Assembly (NCBI GenBank): GCA_041170365.1
Contig: JBEAYY010000061.1
Location: 1-62,736 of the forward strand
Length of the DNA: 62,736 nt
Origin: Actinomycetota bacterium
Lineage (GTDB): Bacteria > Actinomycetota > Actinomycetes > S36-B12 > UBA5976
Direction of reading: 5' to 3'
Shown: positions 1 to 9,927 of the stretch, in pieces
Numbering within the stretch: the stretch's first letter is position 1
How the letters are laid out: every line of letters begins with the position of its first letter
Notes under the pieces: generated by a model
Databases searched by the model: none
The model's input: the letters and a program-made list of their open reading frames with translations, nothing else
What the model was told of the DNA's origin: nothing
Program-made: the position numbers and the translations under genes

Positions 1-18
1 GTAGTAATTCTGCAAGCA

Positions 19-54
19 AACTAACCCCTGGGGATTTATCCCCAGGGGTTAGTT
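19..54. terminator. Perfect 15-bp stem-loop, probably the terminator or 3'-end structure of a gene lying before the window
   Basis: AACTAACCCCTGGGG-ATTTAT-CCCCAGGGGTTAGTT read directly; GC-rich core in AT-rich spacer; no clear U-tract on either strand. Confidence 0.4.
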
Positions 55-112
55 ATTAGCAATTTTGTTAAATGTAAATACGCCGTATGAGTTTTTCATT
101 GATTATTAAATA

Positions 113-1081
113 ATGAATCAACTAATTATAGATGGACCAAAGAAACTAATCAGCAGTATTCCTTCACTTATCAAAATTAATCCAATAAATAAATTATTAA
201 TTTTTGGCTTGAAGGGGGCAGAGAGTAGATTTTCAACTCATTTTTCCTTTCAAATTCCCACTCTTGAAATTTTAACGACTAAATATTTTGATAATTTATT
301 GAAAAATTTCATAGGCCATGATTTAGAATCTGTGGTCTTGGTATTTTATATTGAAAAAGATCCTGAAAAATATAAGAAAATAGCTCAGATTTATTTTGAA
401 AGGCTTTCCAAAAAAGTCTATGTTAAGGATTTATTGTGGGTTAAAAAAGAAAGATGGGCTTCTTTCATCTGTGAAGACTTAAGTTGTTGTCCTATTGAAG
501 GTAACGTTATTGAAAAAGAGCCTAAAACTAAAGAAATTCATAAATTTAATACCGATTTCTTAAAGATTAATAAAGTTGATTCAAAACTTAAAACAAACGC
601 TCAAAAAGCGATGAAAATCAAAAGTGCTATTAAAGATGACCTGGGTTTAAAGAAGTGGCAAAAGATGCAGTTCAATCGCCTTTCAGCAAAAAATGCTATT
701 TCAACTGCTTCTAAAAACAACTGGTCAAGACTTTTGGTGGGGTTAAAAGATATACCTGTTAGAGATGCCTTGTTATCTCATTTCATCGAACGAGGATTTA
801 GTAACCAGGAAAATTCGAAAAAACTAATTGTGCTTGCTAAAACTTGGGCAAAAGTTGGATCTTTTGCAGAGCAGGAATTTCAAAGCCCAATTTTTGCTTG
901 CGTTTCTGCTTATTTATGGCAAGCAGGCGAATATGAAGCTGCAAATATCGCGGTTAAATTAAGCCTTGCTGCTGATGCTAATTTTCGTTTGGCTCTTCTT
1001 CTGCAAAATGCCATTGACAGTGGAGTACCAGCCTCAGAATTTAAGGACATATTTAAAAATCCGTCACACCCCTGGACTTGA
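113..1081 (+). CDS. Conserved actinobacterial hypothetical protein, DUF4192-like
   Basis: 322-aa ORF with ATG start; the N-terminal hydrophobic IPSLI...LLIFGL pattern resembles DUF4192 proteins often found near the principal sigma factor gene; family call is from memory only. Confidence 0.45.
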   Translation: MNQLIIDGPKKLISSIPSLIKINPINKLLIFGLKGAESRFSTHFSFQIPTLEILTTKYFDNLLKNFIGHDLESVVLVFYIEKDPEKYKKIAQIYFERLSKKVYVKDLLWVKKERWASFICEDLSCCPIEGNVIEKEPKTKEIHKFNTDFLKINKVDSKLKTNAQKAMKIKSAIKDDLGLKKWQKMQFNRLSAKNAISTASKNNWSRLLVGLKDIPVRDALLSHFIERGFSNQENSKKLIVLAKTWAKVGSFAEQEFQSPIFACVSAYLWQAGEYEAANIAVKLSLAADANFRLALLLQNAIDSGVPASEFKDIFKNPSHPWT

Positions 1082-1114
1082 GCAAAAGACTTTAATTTAG
1101 TAATCTTTTAGTTA

Positions 1115-1226
1115 GGTCAAGAGTTTCAGTATTAAGCCCCGGCTAGCTGAACGGCAACCCTCCACCGCGGTGGGGTGCTCCGGGTGTAGACCAGGTCAAT
1201 TCGCAAAAGCAATTGGCAAGCGCGGG
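1115..1226 (+). promoter_or_regulatory. SAM-IV riboswitch aptamer upstream of metY-metX
   Basis: GC-rich block GGTCAAGAG...AAGCCCCGGCTAGCTGAACGGCAACCCTCCACCGCGGTGGGGTGCTCCGGGTGTAGACCAGGTC...GCAAGCGCGGG matches the remembered SAM-IV consensus blocks; it sits upstream of methionine biosynthesis genes, as is typical in Actinobacteria. Confidence 0.75.
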
Positions 1227-1397
1227 TCTTACGAAAATCTTTAAATGTGAGGCCCCGAAGAAAAGGGGTAATAATTTGCGTTGTTTCAATAAAAATAATT
1301 AATTTCTTTTATTTTTATTATTCTTGCGCAAAAAAAACCCACCTTTGACTATCAAGGCGATAGGCAAAGTGACTCAAATTAAGAAAGAGGTTAGAAA

Positions 1398-2693
1398 ATG
1401 AGTTCAGGTTGGAGTTTTGAAACTAGACAGATACATGCTGGTCAAGCACCAGATTCGCAAACGAATTCCAGAGCATTACCGATATATCAAACAACGTCAT
1501 ATACGTTTCGTGATACAAAACATGCTGCGGACTTGTTTGCTTTAGCAGAGCCAGGCAACATCTACACCCGCATAATGAATCCAACACAAGCAGCAGTTGA
1601 AGAAAGAATTGCTTCTTTGGAAGGTGGAGTAGGTGCTCTGCTTTTGGCAAGTGGTCAAGCTGCAGAAACTTACGCGATTTTGAATTTGGCTGAAGCAGGC
1701 GATCATATTGTTTCTAGCCCAAATCTTTACGGAGGAACATATAACTTATTTCACTACACTCTTCCAAAATACGGAATTGAAGTGACGTTTGTTGATGATC
1801 CTGACAATTTAGATTCGTGGAAAAAAGCAATCAAACCAAACACCAAAGCTTTTTATGGAGAAACTATTGCAAATCCTGCAAACGTTATTTTGGATATTGA
1901 GAATATTTCCAAAATCGCCCACGACAATGGAATCCCATTAATAGTTGATAACACTGTTGCAACTCCATATTTATTAAGACCGATTGAACATGGTGCAGAT
2001 ATCGTGGTTCACTCTGCCACTAAATACATTGGAGGACATGGAACAGCTGTAGCTGGAGTAATTGTTGACAGTGGAAAATTTGATTGGAAAAAGAATGCTG
2101 CAAAATTCCCACAATACAACACTCCAGATCCTTCATACGGTGGTCTAAATTACGCAGAAGCATTGGGTGAATTAGCTTATATTCTTCGCGCCAGAATTGT
2201 TTTACTCAGAGATTTTGGTGCAGCAATTTCACCGTTTAATGCATTTTTAATTGCACAAGGTTTAGAAACTTTGTCATTAAGAATCGAAAGACACGTTAAG
2301 AATGCTCAAGAAGTTGCTAAATGGCTTGAAAAACGAGATGAAGTAGAGAAAGTAAATTATGCATCTCTTGCTTCAAGTAAATACAACAATCTGGCTAAGA
2401 AATACACACCAGAAGGCTCAGGTGCAGTTTTATCCTTTGAAATTAAAGGTGGAATTGAAGCTGGAAAGAAATTTGTGGAAGCACTTGAATTACATTCACA
2501 CGTTGCAAATATTGGTGATGTGAGAAGTTTAGTAATTCATCCTGCATCAACAACACATTCTCAACTAACTCCACAAGAACAACTAGCCGCAGGTGTTACT
2601 CCTGGATTGATTAGATTAGCTGTTGGAATCGAAAATATTAACGATATTTTGGCAGATCTTGATGCAGGATTTAGAGCTGCAAAAGGTGCTTAA
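1398..2693 (+). CDS. metY: O-acetylhomoserine sulfhydrylase (aminocarboxypropyltransferase), PLP-dependent
   Basis: 431 aa; [10 protein letters not shown]...[10 protein letters not shown]-terminus and PLP-lysine context [11 protein letters not shown] are typical of MetY/Cys-Met metabolism enzymes; good SD (AGAAAGAGG). Confidence 0.9.
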   Translation: MSSGWSFETRQIHAGQAPDSQTNSRALPIYQTTSYTFRDTKHAADLFALAEPGNIYTRIMNPTQAAVEERIASLEGGVGALLLASGQAAETYAILNLAEAGDHIVSSPNLYGGTYNLFHYTLPKYGIEVTFVDDPDNLDSWKKAIKPNTKAFYGETIANPANVILDIENISKIAHDNGIPLIVDNTVATPYLLRPIEHGADIVVHSATKYIGGHGTAVAGVIVDSGKFDWKKNAAKFPQYNTPDPSYGGLNYAEALGELAYILRARIVLLRDFGAAISPFNAFLIAQGLETLSLRIERHVKNAQEVAKWLEKRDEVEKVNYASLASSKYNNLAKKYTPEGSGAVLSFEIKGGIEAGKKFVEALELHSHVANIGDVRSLVIHPASTTHSQLTPQEQLAAGVTPGLIRLAVGIENINDILADLDAGFRAAKGA

Positions 2694-2699
2694 TAAATA

Positions 2700-3860
2700 A
2701 TGCCAATTTCATACGATGGTCCTCTTCCTGTCACAGGTGCGTGGCAGGAAGGAGATCATCCAGGATTTAGAAAATTTGTTAATTTAGGTTTAATAGATTT
2801 AGAACTTGGTGGTTCTTTACCTGAAGTAAAAGTTGCGTATGAAACTTTTGGAAAATTAAATTCCACTGGAACAAACGCAATCTTTATTGAACATGCTTTA
2901 ACAGGTGATTCACACGTTGCAGGTTTAGATGTCGAAGGCCATTTAACTCGAGGCTGGTGGGATAACTTAATAGGTCCAGGATTACCAATTGATACAAATG
3001 AATGGTTTGTAGTTTGTGCAAATGTTTTAGGTGGATGTCAGGGCACAACTGGTCCATCATCTCTCGATGAATCTGGAAATAACTGGGGATCAAAATTTCC
3101 CAGAGTTAGTGTTTCGGATCAAGTTGAAATTGAAAAAAGACTTACCGACTATTTAAACATTGAAAAATGGGCGTCAATTATGGGTGGCTCAATGGGAGGT
3201 ATGCGAGTTTTAGAATGGGCCGTTGAACATCCAAATAGATTAAATTCTGCTTTTGTTATTGCTTCTGCTCCAAGATCTTCTGCTGACCAAATTGCTACTC
3301 AATCAGCACAAATAGCAGCAATAAAGTCAGATCCAAATTGGAAAAACGGTGATTACTATCAATCAAAACCTGGAGAAGGACCACATAAAGGTTTAGGACT
3401 AGCAAGAAAATTTGCTCAGTTAACTTACAGATCTGAAACAGAATTGGATGTTCGATTTGGCAGAGACAATCAAGATGGGGAAGATCCATATTCCGATGGT
3501 CGTTTTGCAATCGAATCCTATTTAGATCATCACGCAGAAAAATTAGTCAGAAGATTTGATGCCAATTCATACATTGTTTTATCTGACAGTATGTCTACTT
3601 TTGATATTGGTAGAAACAGAGGTGGTGTTGGAAACGCATTAGAACAAATTAAAGCTCCAATTATTGTCGCTGGTATTGATTCTGATCGCTTATACCCAAT
3701 TAGACAACAAGCCGATTTAGTTTCTGCCTTGCCTAATAAAAGCCAATTACATATTATTTCTTCACCTTTTGGCCATGACGGGTTTTTGATTGAATTTGAC
3801 CAAGTTGCACCAGTCATTTCAAAAACTTTAGAAATAGCCACTCAAAAAACAATTAAATAA
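2700..3860 (+). CDS. metX: Homoserine O-acetyltransferase
   Basis: 386 aa alpha/beta hydrolase; nucleophile elbow GGSMGGM; starts 7 nt after metY, the classic metY-metX pair. Confidence 0.9.
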   Translation: MPISYDGPLPVTGAWQEGDHPGFRKFVNLGLIDLELGGSLPEVKVAYETFGKLNSTGTNAIFIEHALTGDSHVAGLDVEGHLTRGWWDNLIGPGLPIDTNEWFVVCANVLGGCQGTTGPSSLDESGNNWGSKFPRVSVSDQVEIEKRLTDYLNIEKWASIMGGSMGGMRVLEWAVEHPNRLNSAFVIASAPRSSADQIATQSAQIAAIKSDPNWKNGDYYQSKPGEGPHKGLGLARKFAQLTYRSETELDVRFGRDNQDGEDPYSDGRFAIESYLDHHAEKLVRRFDANSYIVLSDSMSTFDIGRNRGGVGNALEQIKAPIIVAGIDSDRLYPIRQQADLVSALPNKSQLHIISSPFGHDGFLIEFDQVAPVISKTLEIATQKTIK

Positions 3861-3919
3861 AAACGGGACTTTTAAGTCTCAAAAATCTTGTTTATTAAAT
3901 ACGAAAATTAAATAATAAT

Positions 3920-4738
3920 GTGGTGAAATTTACCACTTTATTTATTTTTATATTTTTCATGTTTATTTCACCGGCATATGCTGATGTTTCTGTGGAAGCA
4001 GATCAGGAAAATGAAAGTTATAAGGTAACAGGTGAATTACTGCTTGATGAGACATTTAATGGAAGTTTTGAATCACAAAAACAAGCAGAAACTTGCCAAG
4101 GTTGTAGATGGATTATTGCAAAAATTTGTTATCTCGATGATGAAGATGGATCAATAAAAGATTGTTCAGGTGCTGCTGATAGTTGTGTTAGACCAGATGG
4201 AGAAATTGGTAAGAAAATGAAAGTCTGGCGAAAATTAGGAATAGATGAACCATGGCTTTCAGTTGGACTTATATGTTTAGCGCCAAGTGGTCCTGTAACA
4301 CCATCGACTATTAATTTTAAAATCAATGAACAAACAATTGAGTACTTACCAAAATTACTACCAAGCACTCAGCCAAACGAGCATGTTCTAGTCAATACAG
4401 AGATTTATTTTTTAAGTAATCAGAGTAGAAATTTTGGACCAAGAAATTTAATCATTACTGGAGTTCCCATCACATTAAATGCTTCTGCAATTTGGACCTG
4501 GGATTTTGGAGATGGAACCGTAGTTGAAACTTTTAATTCAGGAACTGGCTTTCCAAATGGAGAAATAAAACATATATATGAAACAAAAGGTTTTAAAACT
4601 ATTACTATTACAACAACATGGCAAGCCAAGTGGTCAACAAAAAATAATCAGGATCTACCTGTCTTAGGTAAAAATTTAGTTCAAAAAACAACATTTAATC
4701 TGCTGGTTCATGAAGCAAGAGGAGTTTTAACACGCTGA
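3920..4738 (+). CDS. Secreted cysteine-containing protein with a C-terminal PKD-like domain
   Basis: 272 aa; GTG start; N-terminal signal peptide (FIFIFFMFISPAYA/DV); six Cys in the first half; WDFGDGT motif characteristic of PKD domains. Confidence 0.6.
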   Translation: MVKFTTLFIFIFFMFISPAYADVSVEADQENESYKVTGELLLDETFNGSFESQKQAETCQGCRWIIAKICYLDDEDGSIKDCSGAADSCVRPDGEIGKKMKVWRKLGIDEPWLSVGLICLAPSGPVTPSTINFKINEQTIEYLPKLLPSTQPNEHVLVNTEIYFLSNQSRNFGPRNLIITGVPITLNASAIWTWDFGDGTVVETFNSGTGFPNGEIKHIYETKGFKTITITTTWQAKWSTKNNQDLPVLGKNLVQKTTFNLLVHEARGVLTR

Positions 4739-4849
4739 TTAACTGACCCATCGAAGTGCGAATTGCTTGAATCGTGACAGAATAAGGAGTGGGCCGGTCG
4801 ATTTGACAGGCCCTTAAGTGCGTCCAGACTTTGAGGGGTTAAAAAATAA

Positions 4850-6400
4850 GTGGCAATTTTAGATAAGTTTTTAGGAAAATCGAATTCTAAAAAACCCAAA
4901 GCAAAAGCAATTCCAACAAAATCTGTTACAAAACCAGCTGCTAAACCTGCTGCAAAAAAACCAGCAGCAAAACCAGTTGCTAAAAAAACGTCGAATAAAC
5001 CTTTATCAAAGAAAACTTCAGCTAAACCTGCAGCAAAGAAACAAGTTGAAAAGAAACCAGCTGCTAAACCAATTACAAAACTCAAACCCGTTAAACCTTT
5101 AAAGCCAGTAAAACCAGCAAAACCAACTAAAGATTCCAAAACAACTAAACAAAAAGTTTCCGAAGCCCCTGTAAAAGAAGATAAAAATTTAAAATCTGTT
5201 GATAAAAAAGGAAAGAAAGATAAAGGTTTTGCCAAAGTAATTATGGTCGATGGTGAACTTGTCACCGTAGATGATGTTGATGAAATTGACCCAGCCGAAT
5301 TAGAGGCAATTGCAGAACTTGAAAAAGAAAGTTTAGAAGAGCTAAATGAAGAAATAGCTGAGGTAGAAGAAGTTGAAGACTCAACAGAAGAAAATACTAA
5401 AATCAGCGCCACGGTAGATGAATCTGAAGCATTTGTAATTTCAGACACAGATGATGCTGATGAACCAACTCAAAAAGTGACTGTTGCAGGTGCAACTGCA
5501 GATCCAGTAAAAGATTATTTAAAGCAAATTGGAAAAGTTGCACTTTTGAATGCTGAACAAGAAGTTGAACTTGCAAAAAGAATTGAAGCAGGACTTTTTG
5601 CAGAAGAAAAACTTGCTGCAGGTGGAATTAAAGATAGAAAATTCAGAAAAGATTTAGAGTGGATTGCTGAAGATGGGCAAAGGGCAAAAAATCATCTTCT
5701 CGAAGCAAACTTACGTTTGGTTGTTTCTTTAGCAAAGAGATATACCGGTAGAGGAATGCTTTTCTTAGATTTAATCCAAGAAGGAAATTTAGGTTTAATT
5801 CGTGCTGTAGAAAAATTTGATTACACGAAAGGTTATAAATTTTCTACCTATGCAACTTGGTGGATTCGCCAAGCAATAACTCGTGCAATGGCAGATCAAG
5901 CAAGAACAATTCGTATACCTGTTCACATGGTTGAAGTAATTAATAAATTGGCAAGAGTTCAAAGGCAAATGTTACAAGATTTGGGTCGCGAACCAACTCC
6001 AGAAGAATTAGCTAAAGAACTTGATATGACTCCAGATAAAGTTATTGAAGTTCAAAAGTATGGTCGCGAACCAATTTCTCTTCACACACCACTTGGTGAA
6101 GATGGTGATTCTGAATTTGGAGATTTAATTGAAGATTCAGAAGCAATTGTGCCAAGTGATGCAGTTTCGTTTACTTTGCTTCAAGAACAATTAGATTCAG
6201 TTTTAGATACATTAAGTGAACGCGAACGTGGTGTGGTTCGGATGAGATTTGGGCTAACTGATGGTCAACCAAAAACTTTGGATGAAATAGGTCAAGTTTA
6301 TGGAGTGACTAGAGAAAGAATTCGACAAATTGAGTCAAAGACGATGTCTAAACTTAGACATCCTTCAAGATCACAAGTATTGAGAGATTACCTAGACTAA
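4850..6400 (+). CDS. sigA: Principal RNA polymerase sigma-70 factor (group 1, HrdB/SigA type) with a Lys/Ala/Pro-rich N-terminal extension
   Basis: 516 aa; regions 2-4 are obvious ([79 protein letters not shown]). Confidence 0.93.
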   Translation: MAILDKFLGKSNSKKPKAKAIPTKSVTKPAAKPAAKKPAAKPVAKKTSNKPLSKKTSAKPAAKKQVEKKPAAKPITKLKPVKPLKPVKPAKPTKDSKTTKQKVSEAPVKEDKNLKSVDKKGKKDKGFAKVIMVDGELVTVDDVDEIDPAELEAIAELEKESLEELNEEIAEVEEVEDSTEENTKISATVDESEAFVISDTDDADEPTQKVTVAGATADPVKDYLKQIGKVALLNAEQEVELAKRIEAGLFAEEKLAAGGIKDRKFRKDLEWIAEDGQRAKNHLLEANLRLVVSLAKRYTGRGMLFLDLIQEGNLGLIRAVEKFDYTKGYKFSTYATWWIRQAITRAMADQARTIRIPVHMVEVINKLARVQRQMLQDLGREPTPEELAKELDMTPDKVIEVQKYGREPISLHTPLGEDGDSEFGDLIEDSEAIVPSDAVSFTLLQEQLDSVLDTLSERERGVVRMRFGLTDGQPKTLDEIGQVYGVTRERIRQIESKTMSKLRHPSRSQVLRDYLD

Positions 6401-6404
6401 ACAG

Positions 6405-6611
6405 TTAGTTTGTAGCTTTTAATCTGTCGGTTTCGTCAATGTATTCTTTTGCGATTAATTTTAATTTTTCTTCATGCTGTTTTGCATGGTGACCGCAAAA
6501 AATCAAAGTTCCACCAGTTGGAAGAGTTACACGAACATAGGCTTGAGCACCACAACGATCGCAACGATCAGATGCAGTTAGAGCAGACCCTGCGGTAAGT
6601 ACTGAACTCAA
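6405..6611 (-). CDS. Small conserved actinobacterial Cys/His protein (DUF7455-like)
   Basis: 68 aa; CDRCGAQAYVRV...LIFCGHHAKQH pattern (CxxC...CxHH); convergent with sigA and divergent from parE, as in other Actinobacteria (from memory). Confidence 0.6.
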   Translation of the reverse strand: MSSVLTAGSALTASDRCDRCGAQAYVRVTLPTGGTLIFCGHHAKQHEEKLKLIAKEYIDETDRLKATN

Positions 6612-6816
6612 TTTCTTTGCCTTTCTTCTAACTTTGGTTCCTTATTCAATCATCATGGCAAATGGATTTATTGCAACTTGAAGCAGTACCAAGGCGTGTC
6701 GGTGAAAACTGTCACAGACTTTAAAAAAGGTGTTGCGGTGAGGCGAAATTAGCCTCATAACAAGCAGAATTAGGTCGTAACTTATAAAACTTCGCCTATT
6801 GATAAAGGATTAAAAA

Positions 6817-8892
6817 TTGAGTCCTAACAATACTGCGACAAATTCTGAATATAACGCTAAAAATCTTTCCGTATTAGAAGGTCTGGAAGCCGTAAGAAAA
6901 CGTCCTGGAATGTACATCGGTTCAACCGATGGTCGGGGCTTAATGCATTGTGTTTGGGAATTAATCGATAACTCTGTTGATGAAGCTCTTGCTGGTCATG
7001 CAAAAAGAATCCATGTCAAATTAATGCCAGATGGTTCTGTGTTAGTTGTAGATGATGGTAGAGGTATTCCGGTAGATGTTGAAGCAAAAACTAAATTAAC
7101 AGGTGTTGAGTTAGTTATGACAAAACTGCATGCTGGTGGAAAATTTGGTTCAGGTTCATATACAGCATCAGGCGGTTTACATGGTGTTGGCGCATCTGTT
7201 GTTAATGCATTAAGTGTTCGTATGGATGTTGAAGTTGATAGAAATGGAAAAACCCATAAAGCATCTTTTCAAAGAGGAACCACTGGTGTTTTTAAAGGCG
7301 AAGGTCCAAATGCAAAATTCACCAAAGAATCTGGATTAAAGATTGCAGGAAAATCCGCTAAAGCAACAGGCACAAGAGTTAGATTTTGGCCAGATCCAGA
7401 GATATTTGTAAAAGATTTACATTTAGATGCTGCAGCATTAATGCAACGTGCTAGACAAACTGCTTTTTTAGTTCCTGGTTTAGCTGTTGCAGTTTCTGAT
7501 TTACGAGATAAAGAAAAAACTGAAGTTGAATATAAATTTAAAGGTGGAATAACAGAATTTGTGGAGCACATGTCCACAGGAGAGGCAATTACAAGTGTTA
7601 TTCGTTTACAAGGAAAAGGTCATTTCACAGAAAACGTTCCTGTATTAGATGATCATGGGCATATGCGTCCAAAAGAAGTTGAAAGAGATATGGCAGTTGA
7701 TGTGGCGTTGCGTTGGAATAATGGATTTGATACCGAAGTTAAATCTTTTGTTAACGTTGTAGCTACACCAAAAGGTGGAACTCACGTTGCAGGTTTTGAT
7801 AGAGCAATAGTAAAAGTTATTAACGATCAACTTAAAAATCAAAGAGTATTGAAAAATAATGAAGACAGTGTTTTAAAAGAAGATATTCTTGAAGGCTTAA
7901 CTGCAGTTATTAGTGTTCGATTACCTGAACCACAATTCGAAGGCCAAACTAAAGAAATACTTGGAACACCAGCTGCTCAAAAAATTGTTGCCACAGTTGT
8001 CACAGATGAATTTAATAAGTGGTTTAAAAATCCACCCCGAGGAGATAAAGCAAAAACTAAAGTTCTTCTAGAAAAAATCGCAAATGCTGCCAGGGCAAGA
8101 ATTGCTGCAAGAAACCAACGAGATGTTCAAAGAAGAAAAAACGCAATTGAATCTTCTTCGTTACCCGCAAAATTGGCAGATTGCAGATCAAATGATGTTG
8201 AAAATTCAGAATTATTCATTGTTGAAGGTGATAGCGCATTAGGAACTGCAAAACTTGCTAGAAATTCTGAATTCCAAGCATTACTTCCTATTCGAGGAAA
8301 GATTTTGAATGTTCAAAAAGCCTCTGTTGCAGATGTTTTGAAGAATGCTGAGTGCGCTTCAATTATTTCTGTAGTAGGAGGAGGTTCTGGAAAAACTTTT
8401 GAATTAGAAGAAGTTCGTTACAGCAAAATAATATTAATGTCTGATGCAGATGTTGATGGAGCGCATATTAGATGTTTGTTATTGACTTTGTTTCATCGCT
8501 ATATGAAACCACTTTTAGATAGTGGAAGAGTTTTTGCCGCAGTCCCACCACTTCATCGAATTGAAACAGTAGCAAGTGGGAAAAAACCTGGGGAAATTAT
8601 TTACACTTACTCAGATGATGAAATGAAAAAAACAGTTGCGGCACTAGAAAAATCTGGTCAAAAAATTAAACAACCAATTCAAAGATATAAAGGCTTAGGC
8701 GAAATGGATGCTAAACAATTGAGAGAAACAACGATGAACAGAGATACTAGAACTTTAAGAAGAATTACAGTTAAAGATGCCGAAGAATCAAGCGAAGTTT
8801 TTGACTTATTGATGGGAACAGATGTGGGACCTAGAAAAGAATTTATTGTTCATGGAGCAGATGAATTAGATAAATCTAGGATTGACGCTTAG
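6817..8892 (+). CDS. parE: Type IIA topoisomerase subunit B (topoisomerase IV ParE / GyrB paralogue)
   Basis: 691 aa; TTG start; GHKL ATPase motifs (LEAVRKRPGMYIGS, GGLHGVGASVVNALS); Toprim EGDSALG and SDADVDGAHI; sits beside sigA as parE does in Streptomyces. Confidence 0.85.
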   Translation: MSPNNTATNSEYNAKNLSVLEGLEAVRKRPGMYIGSTDGRGLMHCVWELIDNSVDEALAGHAKRIHVKLMPDGSVLVVDDGRGIPVDVEAKTKLTGVELVMTKLHAGGKFGSGSYTASGGLHGVGASVVNALSVRMDVEVDRNGKTHKASFQRGTTGVFKGEGPNAKFTKESGLKIAGKSAKATGTRVRFWPDPEIFVKDLHLDAAALMQRARQTAFLVPGLAVAVSDLRDKEKTEVEYKFKGGITEFVEHMSTGEAITSVIRLQGKGHFTENVPVLDDHGHMRPKEVERDMAVDVALRWNNGFDTEVKSFVNVVATPKGGTHVAGFDRAIVKVINDQLKNQRVLKNNEDSVLKEDILEGLTAVISVRLPEPQFEGQTKEILGTPAAQKIVATVVTDEFNKWFKNPPRGDKAKTKVLLEKIANAARARIAARNQRDVQRRKNAIESSSLPAKLADCRSNDVENSELFIVEGDSALGTAKLARNSEFQALLPIRGKILNVQKASVADVLKNAECASIISVVGGGSGKTFELEEVRYSKIILMSDADVDGAHIRCLLLTLFHRYMKPLLDSGRVFAAVPPLHRIETVASGKKPGEIIYTYSDDEMKKTVAALEKSGQKIKQPIQRYKGLGEMDAKQLRETTMNRDTRTLRRITVKDAEESSEVFDLLMGTDVGPRKEFIVHGADELDKSRIDA

Positions 8893-8893
8893 T

Positions 8894-9874
8894 TTATTCA
8901 ACACTTCCGGATGAATGTCCAGGAAATAAATGTGCCTCAGGGTTTATTGCTACAGCTGCATTATTAACTGCTGTTGCAGCTTCGCCAAAACCAACAGAAA
9001 TTAGAGCAACTTTTCCTGGGTAAGTTGAAATGTCCCCAGCTGCAAAAACTCTTTCGATGTTTGTGTGCATTCCAGAATCCACAACAATCTTTCTTGATTC
9101 TAGATTTAATCCCCAAGTTGATAAGGGACCAATATTTGCAGTAAAACCAAGTGCGGCAACTAAAGTTTGGCAATTTATTACTTTTGTTTCGTTTGTTTTG
9201 CTGTTTTTGTATTCTATTTTTTCAATTTGACTATTACCCATTACTTGAGTAACTTCTGCTTCAGTAATTAAATTAACACCTAGTTTGGAAACTTGATCAA
9301 CTGTAGCTTGATGTGCTCTGAATTTATCTCTTCTGTGAATTAAAGTAATAGATTTTGCTATTGGAAAAAGTTCATTTGCCCAATCAAAAGCTGAATCTCC
9401 ACCACCTACAATTACTACATCCTTACCTTTATGTTCATCAAGTTTTGGCACAAAGTGAACTAAACCTTTGCCACCCCAACCATCGGCTGCAGGTAATGGG
9501 CGAGGAGTGAATTTTCCGATACCACCGGTAATAATTACGGCTTTTGCAATTATTGTTTCTTTTTCTGAACTAATTGTTATTGATTTATCAGGATTTACTT
9601 CTAAGGTTGTAGCTGTTTGATTTAGAAAAAATTGAGGATTTGAAGGTTTTGCTTGATTAAGAAGATTTTCAATTAAATCTTTTCCTTTAATTGCTGGAAA
9701 ACCTCCAACATCAAAAATAGCTTTTTCAGGATACATTGCAGTGATTTGTCCACCAGGTTCTTCCAAACTATCCATAATGGCAACACTCATGCCGCGAAAA
9801 CCTGCGTAATAGGCGCCGTATAAACCTGCAGGTCCTGCACCAATTATCAAAATATCAAAATTATGAGTTGCCAT
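8894..9874 (-). CDS. Thioredoxin-reductase-like ferredoxin-NADP+ reductase (type 2 FNR, YumC-like)
   Basis: 326 aa; FAD motif IIGAGPAGLY, NADPH motif VVIVGGGDSAFDWA; no CxxC redox pair, which fits FNR rather than TrxB. Confidence 0.75.
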   Translation of the reverse strand: MATHNFDILIIGAGPAGLYGAYYAGFRGMSVAIMDSLEEPGGQITAMYPEKAIFDVGGFPAIKGKDLIENLLNQAKPSNPQFFLNQTATTLEVNPDKSITISSEKETIIAKAVIITGGIGKFTPRPLPAADGWGGKGLVHFVPKLDEHKGKDVVIVGGGDSAFDWANELFPIAKSITLIHRRDKFRAHQATVDQVSKLGVNLITEAEVTQVMGNSQIEKIEYKNSKTNETKVINCQTLVAALGFTANIGPLSTWGLNLESRKIVVDSGMHTNIERVFAAGDISTYPGKVALISVGFGEAATAVNNAAVAINPEAHLFPGHSSGSVE

Positions 9875-9927
9875 GACTCTATTCTGCTATATCTTAATTT
9901 TTTTGCTACTTGGGCTTGATTGTGTAA

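Noticed and set aside
4708-5448. 246-aa minus-strand ORF, Ser/Ala/Phe/Gly-rich
   Set aside because: It is the antisense mirror of the Lys/Ala/Pro/Glu-rich low-complexity N-terminus of sigA. It has no SD and a low-complexity translation, and the sigA frame is unambiguous.
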